NCBI GenBank assembly: GCA_048885925.1
Contig: JBHLLG010000005.1
Location: forward strand, 1-64,000
Direction: 5' to 3'
DNA: 64,000 bases
Source of the DNA: Candidatus Hermodarchaeota archaeon
GTDB lineage: Archaea > Asgardarchaeota > Lokiarchaeia > Sigyniarchaeales > SOKP01
The notes under the pieces were generated by a model. That model saw only the letters and a program-made list of their open reading frames with translations, searched no databases and had not been told where the DNA came from. This document shows, in pieces, positions 40,645 through 50,666 of this stretch (the stretch's first letter is position 1; each line of letters opens with the position of its first letter). The position numbers were made by a program, and so were the translations under genes.

Positions 40645-42483
40645 TTAAAAGGCAGATGCGATTGTTTGTTTTTTCAGACCTTTTATTATATGTTTATCCA
40701 ATCCACTGTCACCTTTACTGGATTGTAATTTAGATAGAAAGCTTAGAAAGCGAGAGCGCTGCTTGAATTTAAATTTATTCCATTTCAGATCAAATGGCCG
40801 TTTTGAAAGTAATTCAGTCTTATAAGGAATATCTCCTTCAGTTAATTTCTTATTTTTAAGATACAGATATCTTTTTGCAGGTTCTTCTTTAGGATATCGA
40901 TTAATTGGATCAAGGAAATTTTGAATCTTGAACTTTTTTGCTCGTTTTTCCATGTTTCTGGATAAAACTCGTTGGATTGCTGTAGGTTCACCAATTAACT
41001 CACGATATTTCTGATCTATTTTGGTAACTCTCCGTCTTACAACTCCATTTGGAGCAAAACGATTCATAGCTCCACACATACTTTGCAGTACTGCAGCTTG
41101 TTGTTTAAAGAATTTGGATTTATGTTCTCGTAATATTGGATTGTCTGAATTCAGACAAAATTCATAACCTCTCAACAATACATCAAGTTTTCTTAGGATT
41201 GAAGGTCCCCATGTTTTATAAATTAAATCATAACCATATTCAGTTAAATTTAGAGTTTCATGAATTTCTAATGCTACATTTTCCTGAGAACCACTCCAAA
41301 AATGTACATCTTCCCAAGGAACATCCTTTAAACGTCCACATTTTTTCATCTTATTATATAGAGCAGTTCCAGGAAATGGGCTTAATCTTGTGAGTTGCTC
41401 ATAGGTAGGGTAGCAAGCTACGAAATAATTAAGGTCTTCATATATATTTGAGTGATCATGAAAATCCCATCCACAAATCCAAGCACCAATAGTGCGTATT
41501 CCCATGTTATGAAGATTATTAAACACTTCTCGAGCATCTGCTTCTTTTACTTTAGTATAGCCATGTTCCCCAGCAAATTTTGATTCAACACCTATAAAAA
41601 TAGCACCTATTCCGATTTCAGCTATAGCATCCCATCCATACTTGTCAGCGAAGTTCCAAATATGATCTACTGAACCAAATGCGAACCAATCAAGAGTTTC
41701 CACTACTTTAGGGTTGCTTTCCCAATACTCCTTAGTTTTTATTAAATATTCGGGATATCGGAAGTGATCTTCTTCAATTACAAAAATCTGAGATAAATCT
41801 GGGAAATATTTATGATACAAATGCATATGTTTTACCAATTCTTCTGGTGATAGTAATTGTATTCTTTTGTACCCAAACATCTCAGTAGTAGAACAAAAAT
41901 CACAAGCACCTGGACATCCTAAACCCGATACTAAGAATCCAATAGTTCCTCTGGGATATTTATCTATAAACCAAAGAGAGCCCCCACATTTCGGCATTAG
42001 TTTTTGTACAATAGGACGATTTGAATCTTCACCAAGTAGTTCACGCATAAATTTCACTCCTTCACCCTTCACCGCGAAATCTACATATTTCTTTTGAGTC
42101 TCCTCATCATATTTCGCTTTAAATGCTTGTGCACCATATGAACCAATCATTAGCTTTGTTTCGGGACTATTTTTTCGAACATATTCACACATTTTTAATA
42201 CATTATCCAGATGTACTGGAAAACAACTAATTCCGATGTAATCATATCCCTTATCTACTTCTTTTGTAAAATGTTCCCATCTAGGATATTCAAGTAAAGT
42301 GGTGGGTTCATCAATATTTTGTGCCAAAATATGATTCCCAAAACAATGTGTATGAGAAATTATTGTAAAGATATCATCCCCATGAGTAAAACGTTGTCCA
42401 GTAGCATCTGTTAAAGAATCATTTGCTGGAAGTGTTGGATATGGATACGTAGGAGTAGTTAATAAAATGCGAGGATCTTTCAT
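40645..42483 (-). CDS. B12-binding-type radical SAM protein
   Basis: GCPGACDFC, GVES and PFPGT, with an N-terminal Rossmann-like domain. Confidence 0.82.
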   Translation of the reverse strand: MKDPRILLTTPTYPYPTLPANDSLTDATGQRFTHGDDIFTIISHTHCFGNHILAQNIDEPTTLLEYPRWEHFTKEVDKGYDYIGISCFPVHLDNVLKMCEYVRKNSPETKLMIGSYGAQAFKAKYDEETQKKYVDFAVKGEGVKFMRELLGEDSNRPIVQKLMPKCGGSLWFIDKYPRGTIGFLVSGLGCPGACDFCSTTEMFGYKRIQLLSPEELVKHMHLYHKYFPDLSQIFVIEEDHFRYPEYLIKTKEYWESNPKVVETLDWFAFGSVDHIWNFADKYGWDAIAEIGIGAIFIGVESKFAGEHGYTKVKEADAREVFNNLHNMGIRTIGAWICGWDFHDHSNIYEDLNYFVACYPTYEQLTRLSPFPGTALYNKMKKCGRLKDVPWEDVHFWSGSQENVALEIHETLNLTEYGYDLIYKTWGPSILRKLDVLLRGYEFCLNSDNPILREHKSKFFKQQAAVLQSMCGAMNRFAPNGVVRRRVTKIDQKYRELIGEPTAIQRVLSRNMEKRAKKFKIQNFLDPINRYPKEEPAKRYLYLKNKKLTEGDIPYKTELLSKRPFDLKWNKFKFKQRSRFLSFLSKLQSSKGDSGLDKHIIKGLKKQTIASAF

Positions 42484-42556
42484 TATTTAGCCTTTAATAC
42501 TTTTTTTATCAGTTTACGTGTTAATTTATATTTGGGTTAAAATCAATATATAAATA

Positions 42557-42571
42557 TTGTGCAATACACAA
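42557..42571. promoter_or_regulatory. Putative operator TTGTG-N5-CACAA next to a TATA-like box
   Basis: Perfect 5-bp inverted repeat just 3' of TATATAAA (42547-42554), between the divergent radical SAM and HTH genes. Confidence 0.4.
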
Positions 42572-42607
42572 CAATTGATCAGAGCATGTAATTAAAGTAA
42601 TAATTTT

Positions 42608-43297
42608 ATGATGGATTTAGCTAAAAAAAATGATTATAAATCAAAGATATTAGAAACTTTAGATGATTTTCCATCTGGATTAACTATATCAGATATCTCT
42701 GATAAAACGGGAGCTCATCGCAATACGGTATCAAATCACTTGAGGTCATTGGAAAATGAGGGTTTGGTCTTAAAGAAAGAGATTGGTTCAGCGCATTTAT
42801 ACTTTAGCAAGAGGAGAGAATATTTGAATAAAAATTTAGTAAATTCATTCCTCCAAGCTCTCTTATTTGGTTTAAAAAATAAATTCCCCCATAAAGAAGA
42901 ACTATTTAAAGAAATTGGTCATGAAATTCTTAAAAAATTTAAATTTCCTATTGGTGAGGCTTATATTGAAGAATTTAAGAAAGCTAGAAAAACGAATGAT
43001 CCAATTGCTCAGTTGAAATTATTTGAAAGGTTTTATAACTCTTATGATTTTTTTCAAGATGATATCTATATTTCAATACAAGAGCTTTCTCAAAATAAGG
43101 CTGTATTTCGATTAATTAATTCAGAATATTTAAAAGATAAGGATGAGTTTATATATTTCTTTTATATTGCTTGTGGGATTACGGAAGGAATATATTTAGA
43201 GAATCTTAATAAAAAGGTCTTATGCAACGTTGAAAAGGTCCATATATCAAAAAATGAAGATGATTCGTATATTGATATTTCTTTAAAAATTCTATAG
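42608..43297 (+). CDS. Winged-HTH transcriptional regulator with V4R-like C-terminal domain
   Basis: GLTISDISDKTGAHRNTVSNHLRSLENEGLV; C-terminal YIACGITEG...C. Confidence 0.75.
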   Translation: MMDLAKKNDYKSKILETLDDFPSGLTISDISDKTGAHRNTVSNHLRSLENEGLVLKKEIGSAHLYFSKRREYLNKNLVNSFLQALLFGLKNKFPHKEELFKEIGHEILKKFKFPIGEAYIEEFKKARKTNDPIAQLKLFERFYNSYDFFQDDIYISIQELSQNKAVFRLINSEYLKDKDEFIYFFYIACGITEGIYLENLNKKVLCNVEKVHISKNEDDSYIDISLKIL

Positions 43298-43359
43298 TAA
43301 GTTATAGGTTATATTCTAATTCTTTAAGAGCATCCTATTGTGGATTTCCAGTGTTTTAA

Positions 43360-44859
43360 TTATAATTTTATAACTAGATCACTTTTCTTTTTAAAATCAC
43401 TTAAAAATGTTGGTAATTGATTCAATCTATTAAAACTTAGATCTAAGACTTTTAGATTAGATAATAAGCTTATAGATTTGGGGAGGGTTTCAACTTGGTT
43501 TCCCCAAAGATTTAATTCTTCTAATGAATTAAGTTCGCCGATCCATTCTGGTATTTGAGTAAAATTATTCCAACTTAAATTAAGTTTCTTAATTTTACGT
43601 AAAAATTTAAATGTTTCTGGTAAATGTGAAAGTTGATTATTTCTTAAAACCAATACTTCTAAAGAATATAAATTACCCATCGATTTTGGCAATGCAATTA
43701 TATTATTGTCATATAGATCCAATATTTTTAATAATTGAAATGAACAAATCCATTTTGGAATCATTTTTAATTTATTTCCACTCATACCAAGACTTTCTAA
43801 TGACTTAAGCGATTTTATAGTAGTTGGGACCTCTAAAAAGTTATTCCACCCTAACTCTAATTCTTTAATTGAATTTGGCAGTTTAAATTCTATTGAATTT
43901 ATTTTATTCCCATGCAGGTTTAAGTTCTCGAGGAATTTGAGAGATTTAATTGATTTAGGTATTTTGTTAAGCATATTATTCCTTAAATTGATTGTTTGAA
44001 GTAGTTTTAAACTACTTAAAGATTCAGGTATAGATCTTAATCGATTAGATTTCAAATTTAGATGTTTTAGAGAGGTTAAATTTTGAATAGATGTTGGAAG
44101 GTTAATTATTTTATTATAACTCAAATCTAATGAAATAATTGAATCTAATTTTTTTGAGATTTCTGGTATATACATTAAATTGTTAAATCTTAAATCAAGA
44201 ACCTCAAGATGCTTTAAAGAACTTATTATTTCGAGGAAATCTGGTATAAAGATTCCTTGAGGATCTACATTCGTTAAATCTAACGTAGTAACATAGCCGA
44301 AATTATCAAATTCATATTTTAAATAGCCAAAGCGAATTTTTAAAAATGAGATAAAATAATAATTTATCAAAATTTCAGCAAGTTCTTGAGTGGGAATATT
44401 TTCAATTTTTCTTGCTCTAAAGGAGTTTTTTAAATTATATTTGCATTTTTGATTATAAAGAGTGTTTAATTTCTCCATTAAGATAAATCTAGATTTTAGA
44501 TTATTGATTTTAGATAATGTGGAGATGGCTGTAATCATGCATCGTAAGGATGTTTCATGTTCAATAACCCATTTCATTGGTTCTAAGGCTTTATGTAAAA
44601 AAAATTTTTTCATGTAAGATGCTGCGATATTTCGTATTTTTTCATCTGAATCAGAAACTAGTAGATTTTCTAAGAGTTTAAATACTTTTTCATCTTTACT
44701 TTGGATTTTCTTTAGGATTTGAAGGCACTCTATTCTAATATCAATATTATCAGTATTTTCTATAAAAGTAATCAGTAATTCAAGAGCAGAAGAGTAATCT
44801 AAATCTTTATTTCTTAAATTCTCGTAAATTGCTTTTGGAGTTAAAGACATATTATTCAT
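43360..44859 (-). CDS. HEAT-like plus leucine-rich repeat protein
   Basis: About 12 LRRs; close paralog of 37959-39461 (LENLLxSD, PMKW, WxxxLxSLEELNLWGN). Confidence 0.88.
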   Translation of the reverse strand: MNNMSLTPKAIYENLRNKDLDYSSALELLITFIENTDNIDIRIECLQILKKIQSKDEKVFKLLENLLVSDSDEKIRNIAASYMKKFFLHKALEPMKWVIEHETSLRCMITAISTLSKINNLKSRFILMEKLNTLYNQKCKYNLKNSFRARKIENIPTQELAEILINYYFISFLKIRFGYLKYEFDNFGYVTTLDLTNVDPQGIFIPDFLEIISSLKHLEVLDLRFNNLMYIPEISKKLDSIISLDLSYNKIINLPTSIQNLTSLKHLNLKSNRLRSIPESLSSLKLLQTINLRNNMLNKIPKSIKSLKFLENLNLHGNKINSIEFKLPNSIKELELGWNNFLEVPTTIKSLKSLESLGMSGNKLKMIPKWICSFQLLKILDLYDNNIIALPKSMGNLYSLEVLVLRNNQLSHLPETFKFLRKIKKLNLSWNNFTQIPEWIGELNSLEELNLWGNQVETLPKSISLLSNLKVLDLSFNRLNQLPTFLSDFKKKSDLVIKL

Positions 44860-44883
44860 GGTTAAATTAAAATTTGTATTAAG

Positions 44884-46452
44884 TTAGACTCTTTGAATCA
44901 CCATACCTCCTAACCTTATTGGACCACCGCTAGCATTGTATATTTTTTCTGCCTTTCTTAATTTGGATTCACTATGAGAGTAAACTTTAAAAACAAGATC
45001 TCCCTTTTTAATTTTTGCTCCTTGTTTTTTAATTATTTCTACACCAGAAACTTTAGAACTTGGACATCCTGCAGCTTTAGCAATCTGATTAATTATTGAA
45101 TTATTTACTTCAACAATATATCCATCTTTAGTGGCAAAGAATTCTTTTATGTGTGGTCCTAATTCAATATCTTCTGGAGTAATTTCCGGATCACCGCCTT
45201 GAGCTTCAATGATTTTTTTCATTTTTTCGTAAGCTTTTCCAGAACTTAAGATGTCTTTAGCTAGAGTTTGACCCATACCTTTCTGAGCTTTACCACTCAT
45301 TTCAAGAAGAATACCTGCCAAGTCAGTAGATTTTTCTATTAAAGAATTTGGGCCAGCAGAATAATCGCGTAATAGTGTAAGAGCTTCTTTAGCTTCTATA
45401 GCAGGCCCTACAGCATGACCTATAGGTTGATGAGCTAGTGTGAGGGCGCATTCAGCTTCAATACCTACATTTGCAGCAATTTCTTTAAATAAATAGGCGA
45501 ATTGTTTTCCCTTATCAGCGGTTGTAAATTTAGTTCCTTCACCCACAGGTATATCAAGTACAAGCTTTTTTACTCCTAGAGACAATTTTTTTGTAAGGAT
45601 TGAGGGTATCATAAGACCAATAGGATCCATATGTAAGGGGCGTTCGATTTCAATTAATATGTTATCTGCAGGTGCTGTTTCAAGCGCTCCACCCCATATT
45701 ATACAAGCATTTTCTTTGGATACAATTTCTTTTAATTCTGTCGGTGTGAACGCAACAGGGGCTAATACTTCCATAGAATCTGCGGTTCCAGATGGAGATG
45801 TTATTGCTCTTGTAGAAGATTTTGGAATTGTTAATCCTGCTGCTGCAACAATTGGTACTATAATAAGAGAGACTTTATTTCCAGGAACGCCGCCTTTTAA
45901 CAAAACTTACGAAATGTAAATTTTTGTGCTATGTTTATCATAGACATCCATTCCAAAATAAAAAATCTCTCCACTTCGTGTTTCTGCTAACGTTAAAGCT
46001 GTCATCTCTTCATTATCCATTCCATTAATTGCAACTCCAGTTATAAAAGCAGCTAAATCGATTCGTGACAAGGAACCTGAGACAGCATCAGATACGATCT
46101 TACCTATTTCTTCACTTGACAATCTATTTCCTTTAACCTTTTTTTGAATATATTTAAATGAATCTGGTGGATCTGCCGGTTTAACTGAAAGTATCATATC
46201 ATCTTTTAAATTTCTTTTTTCCCGCAATATATTCAAAAATATACCAATTTCACCTTGTTTAACAATAGAATCCGAATAATCTATTTGTAATATTGCTACC
46301 CAGTATTTTTCTTCAATAGATTTTGTCTGCGGATTTTTAATAATGATCCTTTCTCCTGCCTTTTGCCCGAGTTCTTGAGCATCTTTAATGTTTACAACTA
46401 CATCTTTAGTATTTCCTGTTTCAAAATTTATTTTTTTTACTTTAAGTTTCAT
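44884..46452 (-). CDS. deoA: AMP phosphorylase (thymidine phosphorylase family); exons 46452-45926 and 45895-44884, 512 aa after removal of a 30-nt intron
   Basis: The two listed ORFs are in the same frame and join into DKHSTGGVPGNK; also IPKSSTRAITSPSGTAD, IWGG and QPIGHAVGP. Confidence 0.9.
45896..45925 (-). other. Putative BHB/BHL-type mRNA intron (30 nt, contains in-frame TAA)
   Basis: RNA UAGC-AC^A-AAAAUUUAC-auuuc-GUAAGUUUU-GUUA-AA^A: 4-bp central helix, two 3-nt bulges and a 9-bp intron stem. Canonical cuts restore ACA GGC GGC. Confidence 0.8.
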
Positions 46453-46503
46453 ATCACTTTATATCTTTTTATTTTGAGATAGAAATATATAAAAAAAAAA
46501 AGA

Positions 46504-47802
46504 TTATAACTTTATTGAAATAGGGAATTCTTTGATTTCTTCAATTAAGTTTTGGTCAGGATCCTTAAATCTTGCCTCTATTTTGATAGAATAGTCTTCT
46601 GCTTCAATTGGTTTAAGATTGATTTCCCATTTAATATTCTCATTTGGTTTTAGTGAATATATTTGTTTATTTAATGTTCCTCTCATTACTTTAAGGTTCT
46701 CTGGGAATTCAATTTCTATATTAAGATCTAAAGCTTCTCCCTCACTTTTATTCTCTATAAGTATTTCTAAGGGAAAGGTTTGCCCAATGAGAGGAGGTCT
46801 TAAAGTTTTCATTGAAATATCTAATGTTGGAGGAGGAGATATTAGAGTTGGATACATAATTTCAGAAATTTCGTAGAAAAATTTTAAACTTCCATTTAAT
46901 TCAGATGTTAAAACAATTGGTCCAATATAGGATTTTTCCATTTGAAAATGAGGTTTAATTAAAAGATTTATAAGATAATTTTGACCAGGTTCTATTAAAA
47001 TAGGTAAACCAGGTTTTTTAGCTGTTGTAAAGTTATCAGAAAGAGTTAATCCAATTTTTGTTATTTTTAATTCATTTATATTATAATTATAAAACTTATT
47101 GTTTGAAATATCTAATAGGTTTTTAGTATTAATATCTAATGTTAAATTTATGGTATCATTAGTTGTATAAACGTTTTTATCAAAACTTAATTTAGTATGT
47201 AAATTGATAATTGTTTTAGTCAAGACAATTGCCTTTTTTGCTAAACTTATTTCACCCTCATAAAATTTAAAACTTTCAAAATCTTTTTCAATCTGTTTTA
47301 CATAATTCTCGTTCTTATCTTTTGTTGCTATAGTAAAGTTTTTTACTAACCTTATCATTGGATTCTCTTTAAAATAAGCATCATTAACATAAGTTTTGTA
47401 TTTTTTTATTAAATCTAAACCTTCTTCTTGTTTTCCTTCTAGAAATAAGCATAAATAAGATAAACTAGTGAATAAAATATATTGATAACTTCTCTCGGAA
47501 GTATTTCTTAAACTGGGGACATAATTTAGTGCATCTTTGAAAAATTCATAAGCTTCTATAAAATTATCATTATAGAGAGAAGCAGTTCCTGCATTTCTAT
47601 AGAATTCTAATCCATTTATGTATTTTTCATCATTCATAGCACATTTTGCGGCATTAAAAAAACATTCTTTAGCACGGTTATAATCACCTATATTCAAAAA
47701 ACTTTTTCCAACGGTGTTAAACAATTTTGCTGCTCGTTTTAATTGCATTGCTTTATAAAGTTGCTCTGCTTTTTTTAGCTGTTTTTCGATATCTTTTCCC
47801 AT
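46504..47802 (-). CDS. Hypothetical protein: TPR/SNAP-like helical N-terminus plus Ig-like beta-sandwich C-terminus
   Basis: KAEQLY...RAAKLF...RAKECFFNAA helical repeats; C-terminal LEILIENKSEGEALDLNIEIEFP (CARDB-like). Confidence 0.55.
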   Translation of the reverse strand: MGKDIEKQLKKAEQLYKAMQLKRAAKLFNTVGKSFLNIGDYNRAKECFFNAAKCAMNDEKYINGLEFYRNAGTASLYNDNFIEAYEFFKDALNYVPSLRNTSERSYQYILFTSLSYLCLFLEGKQEEGLDLIKKYKTYVNDAYFKENPMIRLVKNFTIATKDKNENYVKQIEKDFESFKFYEGEISLAKKAIVLTKTIINLHTKLSFDKNVYTTNDTINLTLDINTKNLLDISNNKFYNYNINELKITKIGLTLSDNFTTAKKPGLPILIEPGQNYLINLLIKPHFQMEKSYIGPIVLTSELNGSLKFFYEISEIMYPTLISPPPTLDISMKTLRPPLIGQTFPLEILIENKSEGEALDLNIEIEFPENLKVMRGTLNKQIYSLKPNENIKWEINLKPIEAEDYSIKIEARFKDPDQNLIEEIKEFPISIKL

Positions 47803-47944
47803 CTTAAATTCACATTAATCATAACTAATAATAAAATAAAAAATTAATTTTAAAATAAAAAGTTAAAAGAAAGATATAAAATTTTTAAATAAATTTAATT
47901 ATATTTTTAAAAATATAATCATCTAATACCGAAACCTTTGCAAG

Positions 47945-47985
47945 GTAAGTCTCTTTTCAACTAATATTTTTTTGAAAAGATCATT
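47945..47985 (-). promoter_or_regulatory. Eukaryote-like SECIS element in the 3' UTR of hdrA-vhuD
   Basis: AUGA (47984-47981), stem UCUUUUCAA, A-rich loop AAAAAUAUUAG, stem UUGAAAAGA, then GA (47951-47950), immediately after the vhuD stop. Confidence 0.8.
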
Positions 47986-48465
47986 CTATTCGGTTTTTTT
48001 CATTTTTAGGTTTTTCGATTCCTTTTCTTCTTTTTTAGAAGTATTCGAATCTTTTAAAGGATTGCTGCCTAGTTTTTTGATAGTCTCTGATATACGAGTA
48101 GCTTCTTCTTGAAACTTTTGTCCTTCAGCAGCACTACAATGAAACATCTGTATTCTTTCTGGTGAGAGGCCGACTATTTTCAAAATTTCTTTTGCGTAAT
48201 TAACGTTCCTCTCAGCAACTAAATTACCAGTTTCATAATCACATTCACCTTGGTATCAAGCTCCAATAACAACTCCATCAGCACCTTTACCTATCGCTCG
48301 CATCATTAAAGATGGAGTCACTCTCCCAGAACAATTAATTCGAACTGGTCTCAATGTGGCAGGATATTGCGCTCGAATAGTTCCTGCCATATCACCTGCA
48401 CCATAACCTCATTTCCAACAAAGGAATGCTAGAATTTTTATATTTCCATTTGTTATTTCTGTCAC
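47986..48465 (-). CDS. mvhD: Hydrogenase iron-sulfur subunit D (MvhD/VhuD), selenoprotein with 2 Sec, 159 aa
   Basis: GTG start after GAGGTGG; LAFLCWK-UGA-GYGAGD (48409-48411), INCSGRV, GA-UGA-YQGECDY (48256-48258), CSAAEG. Confidence 0.9.
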
Positions 48466-48478
48466 TAATCCCACCTCT

Positions 48479-50458
48479 CTATATTTCTTCTAAAATTGCA
48501 TCTATTTGTTTTTCATATTGAGGTTCTCTATAATATCGAAGAGTTATAGCTTCTGAAGGACAATTGGCCAAACATGTTCCGCATCCTCTACATAGGATCT
48601 CATTAACTTCAGCACCATCTTCAGCTAATTTTATTGCATTATAAGGACAATTTAATTCACAGAGTCCACATTTTGCACAACGATCCTTATCAACAGAGGC
48701 TCTAATCAGTAGAATTCGATATTTATCTTTAATCATAAGTCTTGCAAGTGAAGAAGCAGCGGCTCGTCCTTGAGCTATTGATTCTACGATAGATTTTGGA
48801 CCCTGACTGACGCCTGCAAGAACGATTCCAGGAATTTTTGTGTCGATGGGGTTCAATCGCGCATGAAATTCTTTAAAAAAGCCATCCTGACTAGTTTCAA
48901 GCTTAAGCATTTTTTGAATCGAATGGATACCGATAGCAGGAACCATCGATGCTGAAAGCACAACTAAATCGTATTCTAGCTCTTTTAATCCACTTGAACC
49001 TAATGTATTTTGCATGACTATTCTTAAATTATGAGTTTTTGGATCTTCTTTTATTCTACTAACATTTGTTCTTATATATTTGATACCCTCCTTCCTTGAG
49101 AGTGTGAAATATTCCTCATAGTCTTTCCCAGCAGCTCGCATATCCATATAAGCAACAGTGATATCTGCCTCTGGATAGTGTTGTTTGATTAACTTACTAT
49201 TTTTTATAGAGATCATACAACATACACCAGAGCTGCAATAAGTATTCATGTTTAAATCTCTTGAACCAACACATTGAATGAATAATATTTTTTTAGGTTC
49301 TTTCCCATCAGAAGGTCTTACCAAATGTCCAATTGTGGGGCCGTTGGGAGCTAGCATTCTTTCAAGTTTTAATTGTGTTATTACATTAGGATATTTTTTA
49401 TATCCTAAATATCCTGTTGGTGGCTCAAATTCATCCCAACCAGTCGCTACTATAATAGATCCTACCTGTACTTCTACGATTTCGTCTTGTTGTTCGAAAT
49501 CAATCGCATTCACTTCACAAGCTGCCTTACATAATTCACATTTAATGCATCTTTCCATGTCAATTTGGGCTAGTGATGGGACTGCTTGAGCAAATGCTAC
49601 ATAAATCGCTTTTCTGGAATCCATTCCTTCGTTGAATTCATTGTAACCATAAGCTGGACATACTTCAAAGCATGCTCCACACCCATTACAATCATTTGTT
49701 ACATACCGTGCTTTTTTCCTTATTTTTACAGTAAAGTTACCAACAAATCCAGTGACTTCTTCAACCTCACTGTATGTATATAAATTAAGACCTGGCGTTC
49801 TTGCTGCTTGTAACATTACGGGTCCTAATATTCATATACTACAATCATCTGTAGGAAAAGTCCTATCCAGTTTAGCCATTTTGCCTCCTATAGTTGTACT
49901 TTTTTCAACTAAGTAAACTTCAAAACCTTCTTCGGCAAGATCAATCCCTGCAGATAATCCCGCTACGCCACCACCAATAATTAAAGCCTTTTTTGTAATA
50001 TCAACTTCTTTAACTATAATCTTCTCTAACACAGACGCTCTTGCTACTGCAGACCGAATTATATCCTCAGCAACTTTTTGAGCTCCAATTTTATCTTTTT
50101 TATGCACAAAACTAGAATGTTCTCGTATATTAGCAAATTCTAGGTAGGATGAATCAAGACCCATCGCGTCTAAAACACTTTTAAAGACAGGTTCATGAGT
50201 TTTAGGAGTACATGAGCCTACAACCAGTCTATTTGCATTACTTTCAACCATTTTTTCCTTAATGAACTCCGCTCCAGGTTCAGTTCAAAGACTTATATAA
50301 TCTAGTGCTTCAACAACATTGGGAAGACTTTTTGAAAATTCTACTAATGCTTTCGTATCAATTATTTCAGCGATATTTAAGCCTCATTGACAAATGAACA
50401 CGGCAATCCTTGGAGTTTCCTCGTCGTATTGAACTGTTTTTTCTTTAGTTTCTACCAT
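48479..50458 (-). CDS. hdrA: Heterodisulfide reductase subunit A, selenoprotein with 3 Sec, 659 aa
   Basis: One frame from ATG 50458, with UGA at FICQ*GLNI (50384-50386), SL*TEPG (50285-50287) and DCSI*ILGP (49832-49834). Also GGGVAG FAD motif, QCVGSRD and ferredoxin motifs. Confidence 0.92.
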
Positions 50459-50666
50459 TGCATATTACCTTTTACTAAATATTTTTTAATTTCCTCCAAA
50501 TTAATTATTTTATTTTTATTGCTAATTATAATGTTATATTCTAATCAATTAAATTTAAAACTAAAATGTTTCTTATATCTTTTATAATATTATTAATTAA
50601 AAATTATTTCAAATTAAAATTATATCTTTATAATTGAAAACCCTTTCTATATTCTGAGTAAAAGTT

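Noticed and set aside
45896-45925. AMP phosphorylase break as a simple nonsense mutation, frameshift, intein or Sec/Pyl readthrough
   Set aside because: The stop is TAA inside a 30-nt insertion absent from the family motif, both halves are in one frame, the insert is far too short for an intein, and it has splice-substrate geometry. A true split gene is not fully excluded.
47986-50458. hdrA and mvhD as pseudogenes broken by nonsense mutations
   Set aside because: All five stops are TGA, in frame and at conserved Cys sites, and a SECIS-like structure follows.
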